A DNA stretch of 64,000 bases from Candidatus Thorarchaeota archaeon (GCA_046482545.1 JAWOEX010000022.1:1-64000), one strand, 5' to 3'; positions 9,751 to 18,700 are shown, numbered from the stretch's first letter. Numbers and translations: made by a program. Notes: generated by a model from the sequence alone, not told the origin.

Positions 9751-10497
9751 ATGTCACAAAATCAAGAAGTTGAGAAGGAAGCCCGACCCAAGAGCGAAAT
9801 GGCAACCATTTACATAATGGGTAAGCCGTATGAAGTGCCAAGTGAACTCACAATAATGCAGGCGCAAGAATACGCAGGCTATCGGCTCATTAGAGGTGTT
9901 GGTTGCCGAGGCGGCTATTGTGGTGCTTGCACCACAATCTACAGGAAAAAGGATGATTACAAACTCTATATCGATCTCGCATGTCAAACAAAAGTAGAAG
10001 ATGGTATGTATCTTGTACAGCTACCATTTGTTCCTGCTCAAAAGCCCAAATGGGGTTTAGATGAGCTTGAGGCTACTTCTGAAGAGGTTATCCGCATCTT
10101 TCCTGAGATAACTAGGTGCGTCTCCTGCAATACCTGTACACAGGCCTGCCCCCAGAATTTGGAGCCAATGAGGGCAATCCAAGCCATACGGCGTGGTGAT
10201 CTTGAGAAAGCTGCCGATTTGAGTTTTGACTGTATATCCTGTGGTGCTTGTTCAGCAAGATGCCCCGCAGAAATAACGCACTACCATGTATTTCAACTTA
10301 TCCGACGGCTTTACGGAAAATACATCCAACCAAGGTCCGAACATACAGCCCGTCGAGTCAGTGAGATTGAAGAAGGGACGTATGAGGAACAGATGGACAA
10401 ATTGATAGAACTCTCTGAAGACCGGATTAGAGAACTATTTCTCGATGTACGAAGCGGCAACGAATTCAATCTCAATCAAAATGGCGGTGAAGAATAA
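9751..10497 (+). CDS. SdhB/FrdB-like Fe-S protein ([2Fe-2S] + 2x[4Fe-4S])
   Basis: GCRGGYCGAC..LACQ; CVSCNTCTQACP; CISCGACSARCP. Confidence 0.85.
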   Translation: MSQNQEVEKEARPKSEMATIYIMGKPYEVPSELTIMQAQEYAGYRLIRGVGCRGGYCGACTTIYRKKDDYKLYIDLACQTKVEDGMYLVQLPFVPAQKPKWGLDELEATSEEVIRIFPEITRCVSCNTCTQACPQNLEPMRAIQAIRRGDLEKAADLSFDCISCGACSARCPAEITHYHVFQLIRRLYGKYIQPRSEHTARRVSEIEEGTYEEQMDKLIELSEDRIRELFLDVRSGNEFNLNQNGGEE

Positions 10498-12209
10498 TGG
10501 CAGACCCATATCCCGACCATATGATGGAATCAATAAGACGAGTCAATGCTACCCGAGATGAACGCAAAGACCAAGAGTTCGACAGGATTCCTGAAGAGGA
10601 ATCTGACGAGCTTCTGAGACAATGGCACCCCGACTATAGGAAATCGGATCCCGCTTTCTTCCGAGAGCTAAGTGTGGGCCCGTCAAGAGGAAAAATCGTA
10701 CCAACTGAGGTTGCAAATGTTCTCGAAGCCTATCCACGTGTCGACCCTGCTGAAGTAGATTTGTCCGAAGTAGAATACAGCACCGAGCTTCTCGTAATTG
10801 GTACTGGTGGGGCTGGTCTTTCTGCTATCCTTTGGGCCAATAATGAAGGAATAGCAATAGAAGATATCCTGGTCTCTACAGCCCTTAGATTGGGTGACTC
10901 AAATAGCAAAATGAGTCAGGGTGGTATACAAGCATGTGATGGAGAGGATGATTCTCCTATGATCCATTGGCTTGATGTCTTGTCCGGAGGCCATTGGACA
11001 AACGACAGGCCGCTTGCTCGAGACTTGGTGGAGAATGGTCCACTAGCAATCAAATGGCTTGAGTCGTTAGGAGCTACATTCGATAAAGAATCGGACGGAG
11101 ATATGCAGCTACTCATGGCAGGAGGAGCCTCACGGAAGCGCATACACAGCTGTAAGGACTATACTGGTCTTGAACTAACGAGAGTTCTTATGGATGAGGC
11201 GCTTAGCCGAGGAATTAATACCCTTGAGTTCTGTCCTACTGTTTCTCTTCTAACAGACGGAAGTGGAGCTGTTGCTGGTGGCCTCCTATGGAACATGGAA
11301 ACGGAAGAATACCATGTTGTGCGTTCAAAGGCTACTGTGATTGCAACAGGTGGGTTTGGCCGTTTACACGTTGCTGGATTCCCCACTACCAACCACTATG
11401 CCGCAACATGTGATGGTTTGGTTTCAGCTTATAGAGTAGGAGCAGACATTATCCACATGCAATCAACACAATATCATCCCACAGGTGCGGCATATCCGGA
11501 GCAAATTGTTGGTTTGCTTGTTACAGAAAAATGTCGAAGTATGGGTGCACAACTTGTGAATGATAATGGTCAAGCATTCATCTATCCGTTGGAGCCACGA
11601 GATGTAGAATCTGCTGCAGAGCTGAAAGAAATAGGGGAAGGAAGAGGTATTACTACCCCCACGGGTCAAGATGGAATTTGGCTTGATACGCCCATGATAG
11701 ACAAGAAGAATGGTGAGGGAGCTCTTGAAGAAGGGCTTGCGGCCATATATCGCCTTTTCACACGTTTTGGGATAGACCCAACGGAATATCCCGTCCTTGT
11801 ACACCCCACACTCCACTATCAGAATGGTGGCATTGCAATTAACCCTGATACACAAGTGGTAGAGCCTGACGGAAACCCGATTGAGAATCTGTTTGCTGCA
11901 GGCGAAACCACCGGCGGTGTACATGGTGATAACCGATTGATGGGCAACTCGTGGCTCGAAATTGTCGTGTTTGGCCGTAAGTCAGGAATAAACGCTGCAA
12001 AACATGCAAAGAAGGCAAGGATGCCAAAGAAATCTGACCTATCACTTGCGCATCTCGACAGGTATTCTAAGGAACTGCAGGATGCTGGAATCGAAACTGA
12101 TCGTCGGACCCCAATTATCTTGCCCAATTATCTTGGTCAGAACACCATGAAAGCTACTGGTTATGGCAAAGAGAAACCGTTCAAACGGCGGCTCGATTTA
12201 TTCGCCTGA
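10497..12209 (+). CDS. SdhA/FrdA-family flavoprotein
   Basis: GTGGAG, ATGG, QYHPTG, LVTEKCR, EPRD, HYQNGG, GGVHGDNRLMGNS. Confidence 0.88.
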   Translation: MADPYPDHMMESIRRVNATRDERKDQEFDRIPEEESDELLRQWHPDYRKSDPAFFRELSVGPSRGKIVPTEVANVLEAYPRVDPAEVDLSEVEYSTELLVIGTGGAGLSAILWANNEGIAIEDILVSTALRLGDSNSKMSQGGIQACDGEDDSPMIHWLDVLSGGHWTNDRPLARDLVENGPLAIKWLESLGATFDKESDGDMQLLMAGGASRKRIHSCKDYTGLELTRVLMDEALSRGINTLEFCPTVSLLTDGSGAVAGGLLWNMETEEYHVVRSKATVIATGGFGRLHVAGFPTTNHYAATCDGLVSAYRVGADIIHMQSTQYHPTGAAYPEQIVGLLVTEKCRSMGAQLVNDNGQAFIYPLEPRDVESAAELKEIGEGRGITTPTGQDGIWLDTPMIDKKNGEGALEEGLAAIYRLFTRFGIDPTEYPVLVHPTLHYQNGGIAINPDTQVVEPDGNPIENLFAAGETTGGVHGDNRLMGNSWLEIVVFGRKSGINAAKHAKKARMPKKSDLSLAHLDRYSKELQDAGIETDRRTPIILPNYLGQNTMKATGYGKEKPFKRRLDLFA

Positions 12210-12372
12210 GATTCCCAGTTGGAGCATAGATCTCTGCAGGATGGATTTGCTGGACTATCCCCATCGGACTAAATTCCTTCTTTGGGATAGTCCTTCCATA
12301 CCTTACAAGTTATATAGCGCCTCCATATAGACCGATGTCAAAACGAAGGTATTCGCCATCGGAGGCTTTTGT

Positions 12373-14073
12373 TTGGAAGATTTACCTGATTACAAGACTA
12401 TTCTCTGCGATGTATTGGTTGTTGGTGCTGGCGGTGCTGGTTGCCGTGCCGCAATTGAAGCAGAACAAAACAATGCTGACGTGATTATGCTTAGCAAGGA
12501 GATGCTCGGTAAGGCTCACACCTCAATGGCTGAGGGAGGCATGAATGTAGCCATTGGTAATGTTGATCCCGACGATGATTCTTCAGTACACTTCAAAGAT
12601 ACTGTTGTTGGTGGCAATTACATCAACAATCAAGAACTAGTTGAGATACTTGTTGATGAAGCTCCAGATCGAATCTATGACCTAGAAGACATGGGTGCAG
12701 TATTTGACAGAACCCCTCAAGGAAAGATTGCACAACGACCGTTCGGGAAACAAACCTATCGCAGAACAGCCTATGCGTCAGATCGTACTGGCTCAGAAAT
12801 AATGGTCACACTTACTGAAGCAATTCGAAAGAGATCTGTTCGCGTCTTCGATGAAATGTTTGCTACCAAGATTCTTGTTAAGGACGGCCGAGCAGCAGGT
12901 GTTACTGCCATCGACCTGAAGTATGGCGACTATATTGTCTTCCGAGCAAAATCTATCGTTATGGCTACCGGAGGAGCCGGACGAGTTTTCAAAGTTACGA
13001 GCAATGCAGCCCTTGATGTTGGTGATGGTTATGCCATGGCGTACGAAGCTGGCTGCGATATGATTGATATGGAAATGGTGCAGTTTCATCCGACGGGCAT
13101 GGTTAGGCCCGAATCGGCAAAAGGTCGCCTTGTCACAGAAGCCGTTCGTGGAGAAGGTGGAATTTTACTTAACAATAAAGGTGAGCGTTTCATGGACAAA
13201 TATTATCCGAAGGTTATGGAGCTGGCAGGCCGAGATCAGGTCGCAAGGTCCATTATGACCGAGGTGAGAGAAGGCAGAGGTTCTCCGGATGGTGGTGTCT
13301 ATCTCAGTATTGCTCACTTGCCAAAGCGTATCATCGAATACCGGCTTGAGAGTATGATTGAGCAGTTTGGCGATGCTGGTGTAGATATACGCAATGAACC
13401 AATGCAGGTATCCCCCACAGCTCATCATTTCATGGGTGGCATCAAGGTGGATACAAATGCCTCCTCAACCTTGCCTGGTCTATATGCTGCAGGTGAATGT
13501 ATGGGTGGTCTTCATGGTGGAAACCGATTAGGTGGTAATGCCCTAGCTGATACTCAAGTCTTTGGTGCACTTGCCGGTGCTAATGCGGCTAGGTTTGCCA
13601 AGGAACACGTACTCCCAGGTATGGACATTCAAGATGTGAAAAAGGAATTCAACAGGGTTGAGGCGATGTTGCGCCGGAAGGATGGGATTTCCCCTGCTGA
13701 TGCGCGCGATGAACTGACTAGTCTGATGTGGGACAAGGTACAGATATTCCGAGAAGACAAGGGTCTTGCTAAGGCAGTTGAAGAACTCAAACGCATCGAG
13801 AAGGAAGTTGTTCCCAACATCAAAGTAGATGTACCAATCAAGCGATTCAATCCTGGTTGGCATCAAGCTATTGAGTTTGGACACATGGTGATAACTTCCC
13901 GCTTGGTCGCGGAGGCAGCTTTCATGCGAAAGGACAGCAGAGGCGCCCATTATCGCAGTGACGCTGACCGCAATGATAAGGGCTATTACAACATCGTTAT
14001 TCGCAAAGGCGAAGAAGGCGAACCCGAGCTTCGGAAAGAAGATCTCGTGATAACTCGCATCACACCACCATAA
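12373..14073 (+). CDS. tfrA: Thiol:fumarate reductase flavoprotein subunit
   Basis: GAGGAG, AHTSMAEGG, QRPFG, QFHPTG, LVTEAVRGEGG, HHFMGG, HGGNRLGGNAL, SRGAHYR; followed by a CCG-containing partner. Confidence 0.9.
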   Translation: MEDLPDYKTILCDVLVVGAGGAGCRAAIEAEQNNADVIMLSKEMLGKAHTSMAEGGMNVAIGNVDPDDDSSVHFKDTVVGGNYINNQELVEILVDEAPDRIYDLEDMGAVFDRTPQGKIAQRPFGKQTYRRTAYASDRTGSEIMVTLTEAIRKRSVRVFDEMFATKILVKDGRAAGVTAIDLKYGDYIVFRAKSIVMATGGAGRVFKVTSNAALDVGDGYAMAYEAGCDMIDMEMVQFHPTGMVRPESAKGRLVTEAVRGEGGILLNNKGERFMDKYYPKVMELAGRDQVARSIMTEVREGRGSPDGGVYLSIAHLPKRIIEYRLESMIEQFGDAGVDIRNEPMQVSPTAHHFMGGIKVDTNASSTLPGLYAAGECMGGLHGGNRLGGNALADTQVFGALAGANAARFAKEHVLPGMDIQDVKKEFNRVEAMLRRKDGISPADARDELTSLMWDKVQIFREDKGLAKAVEELKRIEKEVVPNIKVDVPIKRFNPGWHQAIEFGHMVITSRLVAEAAFMRKDSRGAHYRSDADRNDKGYYNIVIRKGEEGEPELRKEDLVITRITPP

Positions 14074-14089
14074 TGGAGGTGCAAAGACA

Positions 14090-15658
14090 ATGTCCAATCA
14101 AATTGTCAAAACGAAAGTTCTGCGATATAACCCAGATATCGATGATGCTCCATACTTCGAAGAGTATGATGTGGAATTCGAACCGGGCATGACCGTGCTG
14201 GATGTCCTTCTGTATATCCAAGACAAATACGACTCGAGTCTGGCATTCCGATGGGAATGCAGAGGCGGACAATGTGGCTCCTGCGCGGTTACTGTGAATA
14301 CAATCGCGCGGATTGCCTGTAGGACCAAAGTCAATCCCAACGAGGAATTGGTTATTGAGCCAATGGATAAGATGCCTGTCATAAAAGACCTTGTTGTCGA
14401 CTTGGAGCAGACAATTGGAAGGTTGCGGCGAACGCGACCGTACGTGTCACGAGATAAGAAATCAGAGCGCCCAGAAATAATTCATTCCAGCGAGATTGAA
14501 AAACTTCGTGAGATTCGGAAATGCATCGAGTGCAGTGCATGCATTGCGAACTGTCCAGTTATCAAAGAAACTTGGGATTATGCAGGACCCATGATTATCA
14601 GGCAGCTTGCTCGACTGGAGCTTGACCCACGCGATGTAGAAGACAGAGTATCAATGGCTCTGGATGAATCTGTCTACTATTGCACAACTTGCAAACTTTG
14701 TGAGGACATTTGTCCCAAAGACATCAACATACCAAGTCTGGCCGTAGAACTACTAAGGGCCAAGGCTGTGGATGCTGGCTATCCACTGCCTGAGGGGGCA
14801 CAGACCTTCGTGGACCGAATGCGGGACACCGGTCGATCCGTATCTAAGAAGGAAACCCCACTCCTTGAGGAGATTGAGACGGAGGAGTTCTTTGTAGAGA
14901 ATCCACTGGGTCGTGTCGCATTCTTCACAGGTTGTCTCATTGACTACAGGATGCAGAATACTGGGATGGCACTCATTGAGGTACTCAATCAGAACAATAT
15001 TGATGTGGTTGTACCCAAGGAACAATGGTGTTGTGCAAGTCCTGCATTCAGAACCGGGGCTATGGAAACCGCCAAGGAAGCTGCAAGGAAAACCACGCGA
15101 ATTTTTGAAGAAGCGATGGAGAAGTGGGATTTCGATACGGTCATTGTTGCGTGTGCTGGTTGTGGGAAGACAATGAGAGAGGATCACTATCCGCTTATCG
15201 AGGATGAGCGTGGGGAACCACCGAAGTTCAAAGTTATGGATATGTTGGAGTACCTAATTAATGTGGTTGGAAAAGACAAGATGGTGCCACCGAAAGGTGA
15301 GATTGATTTGAAGGTTACCTATCACGAACCCTGCCACCTAGGCAGAGGTCAAGGAGTTGTTGAAGAGCCGTTGGAAGTCCTGAAGATGATTCCTGGAATT
15401 GAGTACATTGACGATCCATACAAGAACCGCTGCTGTGGTGCTGGTGGTGGTGTGCGTGCAGGACAGCGTGATCTCTCCATGAAAATCGCTGATACCAAAC
15501 GGGAGTATATCCAAGACACAGGAGCGGAGCTCGTAACTACCGAGTGTCCCTTCTGCACAATTCAATTGAAGGATTTGTTGAAGGGTACAGGTATCAAAGC
15601 GATGTACCTGCCAGACTTGCTTCTAGAATCCTATCGCGAGGGTGGCCAAAGCAAGTAG
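14090..15658 (+). CDS. tfrB: Thiol:fumarate reductase Fe-S/CCG subunit
   Basis: SdhB-like N-terminus (CRGGQCGSC, two CxxCxxCxxxCP) fused to HdrD/B-type CCG domains (FFTGC, WCCASP, HEPCHL, CCGAGGG, CPFC). Confidence 0.9.
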   Translation: MSNQIVKTKVLRYNPDIDDAPYFEEYDVEFEPGMTVLDVLLYIQDKYDSSLAFRWECRGGQCGSCAVTVNTIARIACRTKVNPNEELVIEPMDKMPVIKDLVVDLEQTIGRLRRTRPYVSRDKKSERPEIIHSSEIEKLREIRKCIECSACIANCPVIKETWDYAGPMIIRQLARLELDPRDVEDRVSMALDESVYYCTTCKLCEDICPKDINIPSLAVELLRAKAVDAGYPLPEGAQTFVDRMRDTGRSVSKKETPLLEEIETEEFFVENPLGRVAFFTGCLIDYRMQNTGMALIEVLNQNNIDVVVPKEQWCCASPAFRTGAMETAKEAARKTTRIFEEAMEKWDFDTVIVACAGCGKTMREDHYPLIEDERGEPPKFKVMDMLEYLINVVGKDKMVPPKGEIDLKVTYHEPCHLGRGQGVVEEPLEVLKMIPGIEYIDDPYKNRCCGAGGGVRAGQRDLSMKIADTKREYIQDTGAELVTTECPFCTIQLKDLLKGTGIKAMYLPDLLLESYREGGQSK

Positions 15659-15728
15659 ATTGTTGAGTTGTTTTGTGAGCGGAGAATCACAGCTTCTGTT
15701 CCTGCTTGCTATATTCCTAGATATCACG

Positions 15729-15792
15729 ATAACCTGTTTGAAACTTCTGCATTCCCCCTTCCCTGCCAATGTCACCGCCCCAAGATACTCCT
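15729..15792 (-). mobile_element. Degenerate 3' remnant of dispersed element (copy B)
   Basis: Reverse complement reads GGGGCGGTGACATTGGCAGGGAAGGGGGAATGCAGAAGTTTC-AAACAGGTTAT, matching copy D's 3' end with the terminal hairpin deleted. Confidence 0.8.
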
Positions 15793-15991
15793 GGGAGAAC
15801 AATTGAGTTCATGGAAAAACAGAGGGAACCATTCGAAAGGAGCAAGTAAACCAGCGACCCGGTCCATGCAGGCCAATCTGTTCTCATATGGTAGTTAGCA
15901 TGAAATCTTACAGAAATTTTACACTTCTGTATACAGATTCATTTAGAATTCTGTAAGCTTTATACTTTTTTTGAGTTACGCTTTCAAGGTC

Positions 15992-16534
15992 TTAGGAAAT
16001 AATGAAAGACTCTCGGCACATATTACAGGTGACTTTTTCGCCTCGAACAGCAATCTTTTCCATCTTTCGGCCGCAGAATGGACACACTACAATATTCTTT
16101 GGTGCAGGTCCACTACCAGTCCCCAGCAATAAATCTCCTCTCTCTCGGTCTATACGGCCGGAGAGTTCACGTCCATCTAGCAGGTCCGTCAATATCTTAG
16201 CCGTATTGATTACACTTACGCCAGCTTCCTGAGCAATCCGTTCAATCGAAATTCTTCTGAATTTCTGTACAGTTCTCTTTACTGCGGTAACGGGATTTGT
16301 TGTGATCTCTCCTTCTTGCTTAGTTGGTTCTGTTTCTGGATGTGGTCGAAGTGGGGCTTTCACTCCTTGCGCTGCAGAAAGACCAGATGGCTTGCCCCCA
16401 GCTTTCTCTAACTCCTGTTGAAGTTTTTCCATTCTGCTGTTGTATTCTTCTTCAGAGACCAGTCCGCGCATATAATCTAAATCAAGATCGCTGATTTTGT
16501 TTTGAATGTGCTCCACCGAACTGGGATCTGTCAT
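15992..16534 (-). CDS. Hypothetical protein: SHOCT-like N-terminus, PCI-like winged helix, C-terminal Zn ribbon
   Basis: GLVSEEEY; ISIERIAQEAGVS...LLDGRELSGRIDRERG; CPFCG...CNMC. Confidence 0.65.
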   Translation of the reverse strand: MTDPSSVEHIQNKISDLDLDYMRGLVSEEEYNSRMEKLQQELEKAGGKPSGLSAAQGVKAPLRPHPETEPTKQEGEITTNPVTAVKRTVQKFRRISIERIAQEAGVSVINTAKILTDLLDGRELSGRIDRERGDLLLGTGSGPAPKNIVVCPFCGRKMEKIAVRGEKVTCNMCRESFIIS

Positions 16535-16596
16535 TTTCCGTGATTTCTCCTTCTATACATTCATCTTCAAATAAATTCACTCTATGAGTTTCATGT

Positions 16597-17232
16597 TTAA
16601 TCAGTTAGCCTTTTGCCTTCAGGAAGCTCGTTGAGTAAGAGTCCTTCTTCTTCAGCATCTTCTATTGCATCTAAACCCCTCTTGAAGCCTATGTTCTCAA
16701 GGGCACCGGCGGCAGTCTGACGTACAAATAGAGAATCATCATGTAGTGCCTCTATCAATGCATCAACTACCTTCTCATCCTTCCGTTCTCCCAGCTGTAC
16801 TGTAGCAAACATCCGGACCATGTATCTTGGGTCATCAAGACAGTTCATTAGCTGCTTTGTGGCTCTCTTATCGCCAATTTTTCCCAACCTATCAATGGCT
16901 CCCAATGCAACCTGCTGATCTTCGCTTCGTAACTCTCTCACAAGGTCATCTATCTCAAAGCTGGCATCCTCATCGGTGTCATCTACTTTTTTACTCTTCC
17001 TAGTTTTCTCTACTAGTTTGGTTGCAGTGATGGTTATCTCTTCGGCCTTTTCCACACTAATCCCTTTCACCTCTTCAGCTATTTTGGTGGGGTTACTCGT
17101 GCTAAGATCTTCCAAAGAGTAGTAACCTGCTTTCCTTAGTCGTGCACTGAGGGTTGGACCGATACCCGATATACGTGTTAGATTTGGAGCGCCCTTCCTT
17201 TCGTTTGTTTCTTCATCGGAAGCCTTGTTCAA
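16597..17232 (-). CDS. Helix-hairpin-helix + HEAT (PBS-lyase-like) repeat protein
   Basis: ISGIGPTLSARLRKAGY / VKGIS HhH; repeated L.D....VR..AA.ALG units. Confidence 0.75.
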   Translation of the reverse strand: MNKASDEETNERKGAPNLTRISGIGPTLSARLRKAGYYSLEDLSTSNPTKIAEEVKGISVEKAEEITITATKLVEKTRKSKKVDDTDEDASFEIDDLVRELRSEDQQVALGAIDRLGKIGDKRATKQLMNCLDDPRYMVRMFATVQLGERKDEKVVDALIEALHDDSLFVRQTAAGALENIGFKRGLDAIEDAEEEGLLLNELPEGKRLTD

Positions 17233-17359
17233 TCCACATCCTCCATGCCTTGGTTCTCTAAACTATATTTCGCGGTTGTATATAAAGAGTGTTTAGCCTA
17301 TGTTCACAGCAAAAATGCCTTAACAAATAGAGAGCAACACCTCCGCTAGGGAAAGGATA

Positions 17360-17752
17360 TTGCACGAATTTTCCGCCGCTTGTTCCATTGTTGATACTGC
17401 CCTAGAAGCAGTTAAAAGTCATGATGTGAACAAAGTTTTGGCCGTAAATATTGAAGTTGGGGAATTCACCTTCCTAGTACCTGAACAGCTTGATTTCAAT
17501 TTCAAAATTGCCGCTGAAGGAACCATCCTCGAAGGAGCTGAACTCAAAATCGAGAAGGTGAAGGGAACCATACGTTGTGCCGAATGTGGCTTTGAAGGAG
17601 AAGCACAGAGTCCAGACGATGTTCCAACACAAATAGCGGCTTTTGCTCCTATGAAGTGCCCTGAGTGCAATAGTAGCAATACTACAATAACCGGCGGTCG
17701 GGGATTCGTAATAACAAATATTGAGGCCGAGGTTGATACGAACGAACCTTGA
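17360..17752 (+). CDS. hypA: Hydrogenase nickel metallochaperone HypA
   Basis: N-terminal MHEFS, two CxxC, GG near C-terminus. Confidence 0.93.
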   Translation: MHEFSAACSIVDTALEAVKSHDVNKVLAVNIEVGEFTFLVPEQLDFNFKIAAEGTILEGAELKIEKVKGTIRCAECGFEGEAQSPDDVPTQIAAFAPMKCPECNSSNTTITGGRGFVITNIEAEVDTNEP

Positions 17753-17873
17753 ATAACCAAAGTCTTACAGAATCATAATAATTGGGGTAGAGAAGTGCAA
17801 CATTTCCTGCAAGTCTTCTACGGGCCAAAGACGGGGGAGGTTATTAGTTCCGGTATGGAACGCCGTCCCAGCA

Positions 17874-18295
17874 TGACTGGGCAAATGGGCTAGTACTCTG
17901 ATACGACACACACGGCCGAAAGCCTAAGGGAAGACCAGTCTTCTAAGCAGAAGCACTCACTCTCCAAACAAGGGACTCCATCGAGTTCAGGAGAGTCCAC
18001 GGCTGTTCACCATGTCTAGACGTATCTTCTCAGCTACGGTGATAAGGCTGAGGTGAGTGATCATGACCACGCCGTGGTAAGGACTGTGGAAGAGTTCGCT
18101 GTCGCCGGGAGTGATGACCCGGGAACACGACAGGAGACAGAAGTTAGGACCGCAGGATGGATATTTCCCAAATGATCGTCGAAAAAGTCTCTGCTTGGCC
18201 GGGGGTAGCGTCTCGGTATAGTGGTGACACTGGGCAACGGAAGCGTGGAACAAACAAGTTTCACGCAGTTGCTACAACTGTAAGAAACAGGTTAA
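17874..18295 (+). mobile_element. Dispersed structured element, copy C (divergent)
   Basis: Colinear with copies D/E (CTCAGCTACGGTGA.AAGGCTGAGGTG, CCGGGAGTGATGACCCGG, CTGTAAGAAACAGGTTA); intergenic between convergent hypA and rps8e. Confidence 0.9.
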
Positions 18296-18322
18296 TAGTA
18301 TGATACTGCTTGCGGAAAAAGA

Positions 18323-18700
18323 TTAGATAAGAACCGCATTCAGTATCCCGTTTTGGCCTGGCCGACTCGTTACCTTAGCCTTGCCTTTTGAAGTCTTGAT
18401 GATTGTACCCTTGGTAATGACCTTCCTGCGTTGATAATCTGGGTTAGCAGGATTCTTGACAACATCTTCCAATTCCGCACGATATGTTTCGCCCTTTTCT
18501 TGATTTGTTACATTGACCATATTGAGGCGGAGGGCTGGGGTCTTCTTATAGCTGCCTTTGCTGTCAATTCTTCGCCGTTTAGCTTCTCCCATTACGGTCT
18601 CAGTTGGTGTCCGCCCGAGTTCATACTTTCTCTTACCCTTGAATCGGCTTTTCCTTGCACCAGTTTTAGTTCTCCGAGATCTACGATGCCAGACACCCAT
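18323..18700 (-). CDS. rps8e: 30S ribosomal protein S8e
   Basis: RSRRTKTG, KRKYELGR, NPAN..Y.RR.VITKG, VTSRPGQNG. Confidence 0.97.
   Translation of the reverse strand: MGVWHRRSRRTKTGARKSRFKGKRKYELGRTPTETVMGEAKRRRIDSKGSYKKTPALRLNMVNVTNQEKGETYRAELEDVVKNPANPDYQRRKVITKGTIIKTSKGKAKVTSRPGQNGILNAVLI

Noticed and set aside
18010-18025. Shared in-frame TAG in copies C and E as pyrrolysine read-through
   Set aside because: The same frame has other stops and frameshifts, D has TGA plus an insertion here, and many ordinary genes in the window end in TAG.
17987-18264. Short ORFs over the repeat copies (17987..18253, 18061..18264, 25793..25978, 25812..26048, 59189..59410, 59194..59424, 59372..59569) as genes
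   Set aside because: They resemble each other only because they overlie the same element. Frames, starts and stops are not preserved between copies.
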